A stretch of 64,000 bases of DNA, taken from contig JBLWVX010000001.1 in assembly GCA_048268245.1 (NCBI GenBank), forward strand, positions 138,327 to 202,326. Direction: 5' to 3'. Both the position numbers and the translations under genes were made by a program. Shown one piece after another: positions 19,789 to 29,761 of the stretch; the stretch's first letter is position 1, and each line of letters starts with the position of its first letter. The stretch is from Arcobacteraceae bacterium. Lineage in GTDB: Bacteria > Campylobacterota > Campylobacteria > Campylobacterales > Arcobacteraceae. The notes beneath the pieces are model-generated. The model was given only the letters and a program-made list of their open reading frames with translations. It did not search any database and had not been told where the DNA came from.

Positions 19789-20265
19789 TTATTTTAAAAA
19801 CTTGTGTTTTAAGCCTTTAAACATCTGTACTAAAAGATAAAGCATAATTATTTTTATAAATATCTGAACTACTGTATATGCTGTAAACCCATTTATTTCA
19901 TACTCAAAAGGATTTATAATATTGCGAAATAAAAGATTAAAAGTCATATCATTTGTTATAATAAAATAAGTAATAAGTGCAACATACATAGCTAAAAAGT
20001 AAAACTGATTTTTTTGCATTTCAATAATACTATAAACAAAATGCCATACAAAAAAAGACACAAAAACAGCTATTAAAAGCTCTTTGAAAACACCATCTTG
20101 AATATGAATAACATAAGTTCTTGAATAATCCAAAAATTTATACTCAATTATAGAAGATATAATCTCAAATATAAAAATCCAAGTAAGAGCTAAAAACCAA
20201 TCTGTACCATGTTTTGAAGTAAATTCATTAAATTGATACAAAAATCCTTGTTTGCTTTTTTCCAT
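19789..20265 (-). CDS. Hypothetical membrane protein
   Basis: About four hydrophobic segments; RBS GGAG. Confidence 0.7.
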   Translation of the reverse strand: MEKSKQGFLYQFNEFTSKHGTDWFLALTWIFIFEIISSIIEYKFLDYSRTYVIHIQDGVFKELLIAVFVSFFVWHFVYSIIEMQKNQFYFLAMYVALITYFIITNDMTFNLLFRNIINPFEYEINGFTAYTVVQIFIKIIMLYLLVQMFKGLKHKFLK

Positions 20266-20366
20266 AATTAACTCCGGTTAATAATATATAAATATTTCAA
20301 TAGTATTTTATATAAAATAAGTTTAAAGCCCAATATCATGGGCTTCGTGACTTTTGATATTATTGA

Positions 20367-21608
20367 CTATTTTCTTCTTGTGTTTTGTCTTATAGAGATA
20401 ATAAACTGGTAGATTAAAAAAGCAATAATAATTTTAAAAAGCAATTCAGTAAATGTAAGTTTATCTGCACTAGTCATAATAGAAAATGGATTAATATTTG
20501 TTGCAAAATCATCTAAAGGTGATTTGTCTAAGGATTTCATAAAAATAAAATAGAATCCATAAAAAAGTAAGAACATATATTTTTCAATTTTTGCATAAAG
20601 AAAAGGAATTAAACAAAAGACTACGTTTATATCAAAAGATAAATTAACTTTAAAAACAGTAAGTAGCATTCCAAAAAGTATAATCCAACCTAAAGATAAA
20701 GTCCAATCTTGAGAATGATTTGAAGCTAAGCCATGGGTTTTAAAAACAAGCCATTCAAAAAAGTTTTTTGAAGGTTTTAATTCTTCTTCTCTTTTTTGCA
20801 TTTCAATTGCATAAAATTTATTTGCTTCAATGATATTGTTTTGCTGTTCAAAAGAGTCTTTTATAATTCTTGCAGTTTCACGATTTTTAATATTTACATT
20901 AATTTTTAAAAAGTTTGATTGTCCTTCAAAAACTGTATTAGATAAATCTAATTCATCTTTAGAATGGAATAATAAAAAGTTCACATTTCCTATAAAATTT
21001 GTTTCACGAAAATCAACTGTTGAACAAAATCTTGATTGAAAAAAAGAACAATTTTTAGAAAATTTTGTAAACTGAAAGTCTGAATAGTTTTTAATCGTAA
21101 GAGAACTTAATACTACATCCTCTTTAAAAACAACGCTATTACAATTTATTTCACTAATCTCATCGCTTCCAATAAATGATAATTTTTTTGAGAAAATTCC
21201 ACTTAAATCTATTGATTTATTATCAAATTGACAGGAATTAACAAATTTAAATTCACTATCTATATCTTCAGAGAAACTAACTCCTTCATAAAAAAAACAA
21301 TTATCTAGAAAGAAGCAATTTTCTGTATGATAATTACAAAAACTAAAGGTATCATAAAAATAACATTGTTTAAAAAAAAACTTTCTATTTTCAAATTCTT
21401 CTAATAAATTAAAAGTTTCATAAAAATGAAACTCTTTTATCTCACCATCTTCTGAATTATGACAATAATTTAAAAACTCTTCATTAAACTTTTGCTTTTT
21501 AGTTTCTTTTTCTTCATCATTAAGTTTTTTCCAATCACTTTTCTCACAATGTAATATACATTTTCCATTTTCATATTCATCTAATTTACAATCTTTTACA
21601 TTACACAT
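20367..21608 (-). CDS. Pentapeptide-repeat protein with N-terminal Cys/His motif and C-terminal TM region
   Basis: MC...C...CILHC; F-x4-F repeats (DFQFTKF, SFFQSRF, DFRETNF); RETARIIKDSFE....NIIEANKFY; C-terminal hydrophobic helices. Confidence 0.75.
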   Translation of the reverse strand: MCNVKDCKLDEYENGKCILHCEKSDWKKLNDEEKETKKQKFNEEFLNYCHNSEDGEIKEFHFYETFNLLEEFENRKFFFKQCYFYDTFSFCNYHTENCFFLDNCFFYEGVSFSEDIDSEFKFVNSCQFDNKSIDLSGIFSKKLSFIGSDEISEINCNSVVFKEDVVLSSLTIKNYSDFQFTKFSKNCSFFQSRFCSTVDFRETNFIGNVNFLLFHSKDELDLSNTVFEGQSNFLKINVNIKNRETARIIKDSFEQQNNIIEANKFYAIEMQKREEELKPSKNFFEWLVFKTHGLASNHSQDWTLSLGWIILFGMLLTVFKVNLSFDINVVFCLIPFLYAKIEKYMFLLFYGFYFIFMKSLDKSPLDDFATNINPFSIMTSADKLTFTELLFKIIIAFLIYQFIISIRQNTRRK

Positions 21609-21667
21609 TTTTTTACTTTCATATTTAAATAATTAGTTATATTTTATCTTTTTACTCTTATTAGTAG

Positions 21668-22080
21668 TTTTCTTTATATTCTTTTTTTAGAAAAAAGAAA
21701 CAAAAAATCGTGAGCAGTGTTTCTAAATAGCTAAAAAATATATCGAAATTCTAAAATTTGAAAACTCGGCTCGTTCCTCACCTCAGACAGTTCAAATTTC
21801 TTTACGAATTTAGATAGATTTTTCTTAACACTATTTTCAAAATGCTCACACTTTAGTTTTAACATCCCTATACTCAATGAGATATAGAAAGTTAGCGAAT
21901 AAAAAAAGTATCGCTTTGGATTTTTAGGATAAGATTTTGTGATTGATGAGCGTAAAGAAATTTAAACTATTTGAGCGACAGCGAGTTTTTAAATTTTAGC
22001 GAAGAGTGAGCAAAATCCCCAAAAGTACAACTGGCGATTCGATTTCTTTTTCCTAGTTTTTCTTATAAAAGAAAAAGTAG
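21668..22080. repeat. Pair of inverted, structured non-coding repeats
   Basis: Core CTAAAATTTRAAAACTCG-variable-CTCARAYAGTTYAAATTTCTTTACG at 21751-21806 (+) and 21951-21999 (-), each inside nested stems. Confidence 0.75.
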
Positions 22081-22210
22081 AAAGCATCCTTACAAACAAA
22101 TATAAAAAAAGTAAGGAAAAACTTCCTTTAAATTACAAGTTTTCAAAAACTAAAAAGAAAACCCCAATTTCCAAACAAAAACAAAATAAGCTATTATAAA
22201 CAACATATAA

Positions 22211-23182
22211 CTAATTAAATTCATGCTCTTTTCCTTTCACATCTTTTCTTCTATTTTGAACTAAAGCACATACTTTAAAGGCTGCTGTTTCAATACTGTC
22301 ATATTGAGCTTTACTTATATGATGTACTCTTTTATCTTCTACAATATTTTCTTTCATATGATATTCATCAATAATCTGTTTTACTTTTTTATTTGAGTTT
22401 AAAATAGCAATATGCTCTACTTTTAAACTAAGAGCTGTTTCTATATACTCTTTATTTGAGTTTGCGTTTATCACAACTACTGCATTAAACTCTTTTTCTT
22501 TTAGTTTATATGCACTCTCATATGAATCAAGGATTAGAAGTTCATCAGCTAGTTTATAGTTTTTAAAGATTTTCCTTCTTATATCACAAACTATTGTGTG
22601 CCATCCAAGATAATTTGATACTTTCACTAACTCTTCACTTTGCTTTGATACTCCAAATATAAAAAGTTTTAAAGGAGTTTCTATTCTTTGATAAAATAGA
22701 TTTTTATTTTTATCAAAATGGTTATCTTTTTCATCAAAATTTGGGAAAAAACAATAAGCATTTTTATATTTAAGTGACCTAACTAAAGTGTTGTTTATTC
22801 CACTTTGTACATTTTGTAAAGCTTGTCCTATACATCCATAATCATCTTCATTGTAAAAAGGCTCAATCCAACACTTCACATAACTATCATTTAAAAAGTC
22901 TTTTTCCCAAGTATGAACAACGTTACTTTCACTTTTTAAATCGAAGATTATATATCTTCCTTCTTTTTGTTTTAGTACATCATCAACTAAAATTAAAATA
23001 TAGTTTTCTAATCTCTTTAGATTATCAAAACCTATAGTTTCAAAGTCACTGTTTACAAACATTGAGTATTCACTTTTTTGATGTGTACTATTTTTGTAAT
23101 CTAAGATATTGATACAAACTATGTCTTTTCTATTTTGTTTTGACTTTTGTAAAAATTTTATATATTGTTTGTTGCTAAACAT
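22211..23182 (-). CDS. Divergent XdhC/CoxI-family protein
   Basis: C-terminal Rossmann-like segment PLKLFIFG......LVKVSNYLGWHTIVCD.R resembling XdhC_C; other motifs eroded. Confidence 0.6.
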   Translation of the reverse strand: MFSNKQYIKFLQKSKQNRKDIVCINILDYKNSTHQKSEYSMFVNSDFETIGFDNLKRLENYILILVDDVLKQKEGRYIIFDLKSESNVVHTWEKDFLNDSYVKCWIEPFYNEDDYGCIGQALQNVQSGINNTLVRSLKYKNAYCFFPNFDEKDNHFDKNKNLFYQRIETPLKLFIFGVSKQSEELVKVSNYLGWHTIVCDIRRKIFKNYKLADELLILDSYESAYKLKEKEFNAVVVINANSNKEYIETALSLKVEHIAILNSNKKVKQIIDEYHMKENIVEDKRVHHISKAQYDSIETAAFKVCALVQNRRKDVKGKEHEFN

Positions 23183-23212
23183 TTTATAATTACCCTATTT
23201 ATTTTCTTAGTA

Positions 23213-23266
23213 ATTATAAAATAAGTTTATAGCTTTGTTATAGCCCATAAATAGCTTTAATGTAGC
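23213..23266 (-). promoter_or_regulatory. Promoter with four 11-bp-phased GCTA repeats
   Basis: Plus-strand TATAGC 23228, TATAGC 23239, AATAGC 23250, TGTAGC 23261; -10 TATAAT (23218-23213) 9 nt away. Confidence 0.75.
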
Positions 23267-23271
23267 CATAA

Positions 23272-23303
23272 AAAAAGGGAAGAGTAAAAACTCTTCCCTT
23301 TTT
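23272..23303 (-). terminator. Intrinsic terminator after secF
   Basis: AAAAAGGGAAGAGT / ACTCTTCCCTTTTT inverted repeat with T-tail. Confidence 0.85.
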
Positions 23304-23323
23304 AAAATCAAAACCAAACTATA

Positions 23324-24292
23324 CTAAACTGTACCTTGCTCGTACATAGCTCTTAATTTATCTTTTTCTTTTTGTTTTTTTAATTTTTCTGCTTCTTTAG
23401 CTCTAAAATCATTTATTGAGAACTTTAACTGAACTAAGAAAGATGCAGCAATAAATATAGATGAATAAGTACCAACTACTACACCAATAAGCATTGTAAA
23501 TGCGAATCCATTGATAATTTCTCCACCAAATAAGTATAAAGTGATAACAACAAAGAATGTTGTTAATGAAGTAAGAGTTGTTCTTGAAAGTGTTCTACTT
23601 ACTGACTCATTTACAACCTTATCAAGAACTGTTTCTTTAGATGTTTGTACACCCTCTCTAATTCTATCAAATACAATAATGGTATCATTTAGTGAATAAC
23701 CAAGAATTGTAAGAATTGCTGCTAAGATGTCTAAGTTTACCTCTACACCCACAAGTGCAATAGCTCCTAATGCAATAGTAACATCATGTGCTAATGCTAA
23801 AATAGAAGCTACAGCAAATCTCCACTCAAATCTGAATGATACATATATTAAGATAACAATAAGAGATAAGCCTAAAGCCATTAAACCTTTTTCTCTTAAT
23901 TCATTACCTACTTTAGGTCCAACCATGTCAACTCTTCTTACTTCAAAGTTTCCAGTTGAATCTAAGATTTTATGCATCTCATCACCAATATCATTTGCTA
24001 AGTTAGAAGAAGTACCTGTAATTCTAATCACTACTTCTTGAGGACTACCAAACTCAGTAATAGATGAACCTTTATATTTAGTTTCATTTAATACATTTCT
24101 GATTTTATCAATAGGAGCTTTTTGCTCATATTGAACTTGAACTAAAGTACCACCAGCAAAGTCAATACCAAAATTAAGCCCTTTAGTAAATAGTATTACA
24201 AGTGAAGCAATAACAAGAATTGAAGAAATCCCTAAAAAAGGAAGTCTTTTAGCCATAAAATTATGTATTTTATCTGATTTAAAAAATTCCAT
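23324..24292 (-). CDS. secF: Protein translocase subunit SecF
   Basis: GIDFAGG, VGPKVG.EL, GYSLNDTIIVFDRIRE. Confidence 0.97.
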   Translation of the reverse strand: MEFFKSDKIHNFMAKRLPFLGISSILVIASLVILFTKGLNFGIDFAGGTLVQVQYEQKAPIDKIRNVLNETKYKGSSITEFGSPQEVVIRITGTSSNLANDIGDEMHKILDSTGNFEVRRVDMVGPKVGNELREKGLMALGLSLIVILIYVSFRFEWRFAVASILALAHDVTIALGAIALVGVEVNLDILAAILTILGYSLNDTIIVFDRIREGVQTSKETVLDKVVNESVSRTLSRTTLTSLTTFFVVITLYLFGGEIINGFAFTMLIGVVVGTYSSIFIAASFLVQLKFSINDFRAKEAEKLKKQKEKDKLRAMYEQGTV

Positions 24293-25857
24293 TATTTAAC
24301 TCCAAACCATTTTTTTAAGTCTTTATCTTTTGAGATTTTATTAGCTAAGGCTTCATAAATACCATGTGTACCTAAAATAGCTGTTAACATTGAAGCTAAA
24401 ATACCAATAGAAATAGTAATAGCAAATCCTTTAATAGGACCTGTACCATAAGCATATAAGATTACAGCAACTAATAAAGTAGTAATATTTGCATCTAAAA
24501 TAGCTCTCATTGCATTTGCATAACCATCTTCAATTGCTTTAGCTACTGATACACCTTGTTTTAATAGTTCTCTAATTCTTTCACCAATAATTACATTGGC
24601 ATCAACTGCCATACCTACAGTTAATACAATACCTGCCATACCAGGAAGAGTAAGAGTTGCTCCAAACATCGCCATTACTGAAATGATAATAAATATATTT
24701 GTTACAAGTGCAATATTAGCAATAATACCAGCTCTTCTATAGTAAACAATCATAAAAATAAATACGATTATAAAACCAGAAACTAATGCAATAGTTGAAG
24801 CTTTAATAGAATCAGCACCTAAAGATGGGCCAACACTTCTTTTTTCAAGTAATTTTACAGTTGCAGGTAAAGCACCACTTCTTAAAGCAATAGCTACATT
24901 CCCCGCTTCTTGAACAGTAAAACCACCAGAAATTTGACCACTTCCTCCACCAATTCTTTCTCTAATATTCGGAGCTGAATAAACTTTTCCATCTAAAACA
25001 ACAGCTAATCTTTTTCCTACATTTTTACCTGTAAAATCACCAAAAATTCTAGCTCCACTTGAATTAAGTGTGAAATTAATAATTGCTTGATTAGATTGAT
25101 CGAAAGCAACTTGTGCGTCTATTACTTGGCTACCATTTAAAATTGGTATTTCTTTTACTAGATATTTAACAGCTGCATTTTTAGTATCTTCTAAAATAAT
25201 ATCACCATATTCAGCTGCTTGTGCATCACTCATAGTATATACTTGATCTGCTCTTTGTTCATCAACTGCCATAAGTTCTAAGTTTGCAGGTTTTGAGATA
25301 AGTTCTCTTGCCGCTTTTTCATCTTCTGCTGTTTTAATACCTGGTAACTGAACAACAATATCAGTAGCACCTTGTCTTACAACAGTAGGCTCTGCTAATC
25401 CAAACTGGTCAAGTCTATTTCTAATAGTTTCTACTGCTTGAGATACTGATAAGTCTTTTGTTCTTTCAATTTCTTCACTTGTTAGTTTTACAGTATAATC
25501 TGTATTTACTTTTGAAATTTGTAAACCTTTTATTTTGGCTAACATTTCATCCATTCTCGGTAGTTCATCAGGGTCTAAAACTGTAAATTTAACAGATTCA
25601 GTATCAAGAGATAAGCCATCAATTAATAAATCTTCATCTTCTGCAAAGTATTTAATTGATGTTGCAATTGTTTTTATTTTTGATGTTACTGCTTCATGTG
25701 TATTAACACCTAAAAGCATGTGCAATCCACCTTGTAAATCAAGTCCTAATGAGATTTTTTTACCGCTGTCTGTTTGCATAAGTGAAGGAATTGAAAAAAC
25801 AACACCAAAAATAATACTTAAAGCAAATATAATAAGTCTATAATTAAAGATTTTCAA
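24292..25857 (-). CDS. secD: Protein translocase subunit SecD
   Basis: LGLDLQGG, VGPSLG, GMAVDANVII.ERIRE; TTG start. Confidence 0.97.
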   Translation of the reverse strand: MKIFNYRLIIFALSIIFGVVFSIPSLMQTDSGKKISLGLDLQGGLHMLLGVNTHEAVTSKIKTIATSIKYFAEDEDLLIDGLSLDTESVKFTVLDPDELPRMDEMLAKIKGLQISKVNTDYTVKLTSEEIERTKDLSVSQAVETIRNRLDQFGLAEPTVVRQGATDIVVQLPGIKTAEDEKAARELISKPANLELMAVDEQRADQVYTMSDAQAAEYGDIILEDTKNAAVKYLVKEIPILNGSQVIDAQVAFDQSNQAIINFTLNSSGARIFGDFTGKNVGKRLAVVLDGKVYSAPNIRERIGGGSGQISGGFTVQEAGNVAIALRSGALPATVKLLEKRSVGPSLGADSIKASTIALVSGFIIVFIFMIVYYRRAGIIANIALVTNIFIIISVMAMFGATLTLPGMAGIVLTVGMAVDANVIIGERIRELLKQGVSVAKAIEDGYANAMRAILDANITTLLVAVILYAYGTGPIKGFAITISIGILASMLTAILGTHGIYEALANKISKDKDLKKWFGVK

Positions 25858-25934
25858 TCTTAATCCTTAGTAAGGTTTTTTTGATTTTAAAGATAAAACA
25901 TGTAAGAAACTTACATGTCTTAAAAAAAAGATTT

Positions 25935-26210
25935 TTAGTCTTCTATAAGTTTAGCTACGAACTCTCTGATTAATTTCATTTCAGTTCCATCGCTATTTTT
26001 TACTACAAAGTAGTCATCTTCTACTTTAGTAACTTCTACCATTAAGCCTCCATTTGTTACAATCTTATCACCTTTTTTAAGATTATTAACCATTTCCTTA
26101 TGCTGTTTAGCTTGTTTTTGTTGTGGTCTTATAATCAAAAAGTAAAAAATTGCAAATAATGCAACAAGGGGTAGTAATGAGCTTATTAAATCAGCACTTG
26201 AACCTTCCAT
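25935..26210 (-). CDS. yajC: Preprotein translocase subunit YajC
   Basis: FYFLIIRPQQK, LKKGDKIVT.GG. Confidence 0.95.
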   Translation of the reverse strand: MEGSSADLISSLLPLVALFAIFYFLIIRPQQKQAKQHKEMVNNLKKGDKIVTNGGLMVEVTKVEDDYFVVKNSDGTEMKLIREFVAKLIED

Positions 26211-26238
26211 CAAAATTCCTTTTCAAAAGTAGTTTAGT

Positions 26239-27471
26239 ATGTTTTTAGTAAAACGCGATAATTCTAACAAAAACTTTATAATAAAAGGCTTCATTACGTC
26301 CATATTATTGAGCGCTTTTATATACTTAAGTCATTTTAATATTGAATATTTACTTTTAAATACAGTTTTAGGGCTTTTAGCTATTTATTTTTTAGTTACA
26401 ATTCCTAGAAAATCACTTTTTATTACAGGTTTTACAACAGGTATATTTTGGTTTTATTGGATTGGTATATCCCTCAAATACTATGAGCTTACATACTTAA
26501 TACCAGTGCTTTTGATTGGTATTGGGATAGTATATGGTTTATTATTTTTACTATTAGGACTAATAAATAATATAATTTATAGAGTAATTGCCATATTTGT
26601 ATTTACTTTTATTGCACCATTTGGTTTTAATTGGATGAAATTTGAACTTTTATTTGTAGATTCATATTTTAGTACTACAAAAGAGAGTTTTGCATTAATT
26701 TTAGCTGCTGCTTTTATGGTTTCACAACTAAAAAGATTAAAATTTTTAGCTTTAATCCCACTTTTTATTGCTTATCAATCTCCACAAGGAGAAATAATTG
26801 ATAATCCTAATCTTGATATTCATTTAACACAATTTAATATTCCTCAAGATATAAAGTGGAAAAAAGAGAATAGAAATAAGCTAATAAATAAAAATTTAGA
26901 TGAAATAGATAAAGCAATATCTTTAAATAAAGACCTTATAGTTTTACCTGAGACTTCAATACCAACGATTTTAAACAAGCAAAAAGATTTATTTGATTAT
27001 CTAAAAGAAAAGTCTTATGAAATTACTATTTTTACAGGTGGTTTATACCTAGAGAATCAAAAAATCTATAATGCAACATATCTTTTCTCAAAAGGAGAAG
27101 TGCAAATAGCAAAAAAGGTGGTATTAGTTCCTTTTGGAGAAGAAATACCACTTCCAAAGTTCTTTGTTGATTTAATCAATAATACTTTTTATGGTGGAGC
27201 TTCAGACTATGCAAAAGCTTCAATACCAACTGATCTTATAATAGGTGATACAAAAATAAGAAATGCTATTTGCTATGAAGCAACAACAGATAAGATATTT
27301 GAAAATTTAGCTGATACAAAATACATGATAGCTATCTCAAACAATGCTTGGTTTACACCATCTATTGAACCAACACTTCAAAAATTACTTATGAAATACT
27401 ATTCTAAAAAGTATGGAGTAACTATCTTTCATGTTGTAAATGGAAGCCAAAATTATATTATAAGACCATGA
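26239..27471 (+). CDS. lnt: Apolipoprotein N-acyltransferase
   Basis: LPET, KVVLVPFGE, ICYE (nitrilase E-K-C triad), SNNAWF. Confidence 0.93.
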   Translation: MFLVKRDNSNKNFIIKGFITSILLSAFIYLSHFNIEYLLLNTVLGLLAIYFLVTIPRKSLFITGFTTGIFWFYWIGISLKYYELTYLIPVLLIGIGIVYGLLFLLLGLINNIIYRVIAIFVFTFIAPFGFNWMKFELLFVDSYFSTTKESFALILAAAFMVSQLKRLKFLALIPLFIAYQSPQGEIIDNPNLDIHLTQFNIPQDIKWKKENRNKLINKNLDEIDKAISLNKDLIVLPETSIPTILNKQKDLFDYLKEKSYEITIFTGGLYLENQKIYNATYLFSKGEVQIAKKVVLVPFGEEIPLPKFFVDLINNTFYGGASDYAKASIPTDLIIGDTKIRNAICYEATTDKIFENLADTKYMIAISNNAWFTPSIEPTLQKLLMKYYSKKYGVTIFHVVNGSQNYIIRP

Positions 27472-27484
27472 TTTAAATAAAAGA

Positions 27485-28888
27485 TTAAAGATATTTTTCT
27501 TTAATCTTTTCTAAAATTTTCTCTTTTTCTAGATTCTCATCTATTTGTAAATCCATAGTATAATCCAAAATTCTTTTAAACTCTTTTGAGGGTTTTAGTC
27601 CTAAAGCTATTAAATCTCTTCCTTGAACTAAAGGTTTTAAAGCTTCATTTTCTATATTTAACTCTTTAGCTTTTTCTAAAAGCCAAGAAGTAGCTTTTGG
27701 ACACTTCTCCTTATCTTTTATATCTCTTCCTAAACAATCAGCTAAACATACTAAACATAAATCTTCAATGTTTACTTTTAATGATAACCTTTTTACAGCT
27801 TTTAATGATGATTCTGCAAGATATAATTGAAAAGGAGCTAAATGGTTCTTCACTAGTGGTGTAATTAAATCTATGAACTTTTTTTCATTAGTAAGTCTTG
27901 ATAAAAAACTAATAGTTGGCTCTATACCTAAAGCTTCGTGTTTATGAGAAGTTACTCTTCCCTCATCTGTAATTTGAGTACAAAATGGCTTTCCTAAATC
28001 ATGACAAAGTATCGCATAAAATAGATATAATTTTCTGTATTCATCTTCTATATTAGATTCTTCTAAAATTTTAGCTAACTCATCTACAGTCATTAATGTA
28101 TGAATCCACACGTCACCCTCTGGATGATACTCATTATCTTGTATACATCCCTTTAAAGCTTCTAGTTCTGGAAAATGTTTTAGACAACCCAAACTATCTA
28201 AAAGCTCTAGTCCAATTGAAGGCTTTGAAGATTTTAAAAATAGTTTTTTAAACTCTTCATAGACTCTTTCTTTAGGTAACTCTTCTAAATCACCTCTTTG
28301 AACCATTTGTTTACATAGTTGTGAACTCTTTTTATCTAAGCTTAAATCAAACCTAGCACAAAACTGAATAGCCCTATATACTCTTAATGGATCTTCAATA
28401 AAAGTGTCATCTTTAATATGTCTTAGAACTTTATTTTCTAAATCTTTTATTCCATTGTTTGGGTCTATTAATCTTTTTTCAAAAAAATCATAGGCAATTG
28501 AGTTTATAGTAAAATCTCTTCTTAAACTAGCTTTATCATATTTTAAATTTTTATCATTAGTAACTTCAAAACCTCTATGTCCAGAAGCTACTTTTTTCTC
28601 TATCCTTGCAAGTGCAAAGTCAAAATCATATGAATCAATTTTTAAAGTTAGTACTCCAAAAGATTTACCAACTTGCTTTATATTTCCAAAACGCTTTAGT
28701 ATTAACTCTACGTCATTTAAAGTTTCAATACCAAAAAGTTCTACATCATAATCTTTACAGGGAATTTCTAAAAGGGAGTCTCTAACACAACCACCAACAA
28801 GAAGAGGCTTTATATTCTCTTCTTGTAGGGCTATAAGAATTTGTTTTAATACCTTAGGTATATTAATCGTTGTTGTAGTGGTGAACAT
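27485..28888 (-). CDS. cca: CCA tRNA nucleotidyltransferase with HD domain
   Basis: VGGCVRD, DYDVE, RRDFTINS, EDPLR, HPEGDV..H, CHDLGK; likely start 28888. Confidence 0.9.
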   Translation of the reverse strand: MFTTTTTINIPKVLKQILIALQEENIKPLLVGGCVRDSLLEIPCKDYDVELFGIETLNDVELILKRFGNIKQVGKSFGVLTLKIDSYDFDFALARIEKKVASGHRGFEVTNDKNLKYDKASLRRDFTINSIAYDFFEKRLIDPNNGIKDLENKVLRHIKDDTFIEDPLRVYRAIQFCARFDLSLDKKSSQLCKQMVQRGDLEELPKERVYEEFKKLFLKSSKPSIGLELLDSLGCLKHFPELEALKGCIQDNEYHPEGDVWIHTLMTVDELAKILEESNIEDEYRKLYLFYAILCHDLGKPFCTQITDEGRVTSHKHEALGIEPTISFLSRLTNEKKFIDLITPLVKNHLAPFQLYLAESSLKAVKRLSLKVNIEDLCLVCLADCLGRDIKDKEKCPKATSWLLEKAKELNIENEALKPLVQGRDLIALGLKPSKEFKRILDYTMDLQIDENLEKEKILEKIKEKYL

Positions 28889-29711
28889 CTTGTTGTGGAT
28901 AAGGAATAGAAATTCCTTCTTCATCAAATCTTAATTTAACAGTTTCTGTTAAATCAAATTTAACTGCCCAGTAATCAGGTGTTTTAACCCACGCTCTAAC
29001 TACAAAGTTTACAGAAGAGTCAGCAAGTTCTGAAACAGCAACTGTTACACCTTTGTCTAATAAAACTTTTTCATTTGATTTGATAATGTCATTTAAAACA
29101 TTTTTTGCTTTTTTAATATCATCATCATAACCAATACCTACAACTAAATCAACTCTTCTTGTATCATGAGCATTTACATTTGTGATAGAATCACTTGTAA
29201 TAGCACCATTTGGAACAATAATACTTTGATTATCAGGAGTTGTAAATACTGAATTAAAAATTCCAACTTCTGTTACAGTTCCAGATACACCAGCAGCACT
29301 TACAAAATCACCAACTCTAAAAGGCTTGAATAAAATAATCATAACACCTGATGCGAAGTTTCCTAAAGAGTCTTTTAATGCAAGACCAATAGCTAAACCA
29401 GCTGCACCTAAGATTGCTAAGAATGAAGTTGTTTCAACACCAACTTCAGATAATGCTGTTAAAATAACAACAATCATTAAAACATAGTAAACGATATTTT
29501 CTAAAAACTTAACTAAAGTTTCATCCATACCCTTTACTTTTCTTAATAGTTTGCCTAAAACTGCTGTAATTCTATTTACAAACCATTTACCAATTACAAA
29601 AATTAATATAGCCATTAGTAATGAGAAAGCGTAAGAACCTACAATTTCTACAATATTATCTGGAAGATATGAACTAAATTTATCAGCTATTTCATTTACT
29701 TTGTTTTCCAA
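28863..29711 (-). CDS. mscS: Small-conductance mechanosensitive channel
   Basis: GAAGLAIGLAL...LGNFASG, PFRVGD, IPYPQ. Confidence 0.93.
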   Translation of the reverse strand: MENKVNEIADKFSSYLPDNIVEIVGSYAFSLLMAILIFVIGKWFVNRITAVLGKLLRKVKGMDETLVKFLENIVYYVLMIVVILTALSEVGVETTSFLAILGAAGLAIGLALKDSLGNFASGVMIILFKPFRVGDFVSAAGVSGTVTEVGIFNSVFTTPDNQSIIVPNGAITSDSITNVNAHDTRRVDLVVGIGYDDDIKKAKNVLNDIIKSNEKVLLDKGVTVAVSELADSSVNFVVRAWVKTPDYWAVKFDLTETVKLRFDEEGISIPYPQQDVHHYNND

Positions 29712-29761
29712 ATTGTTCCTTTAAATAATTTATGAAATTATAACATAAATAAGTTTAAAAA

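Noticed and set aside
21668..22080. Possible CRISPR array, tRNA or IS element
   Set aside because: Only two inverted copies, no repeat-spacer periodicity, no cloverleaf and no transposase ORF.
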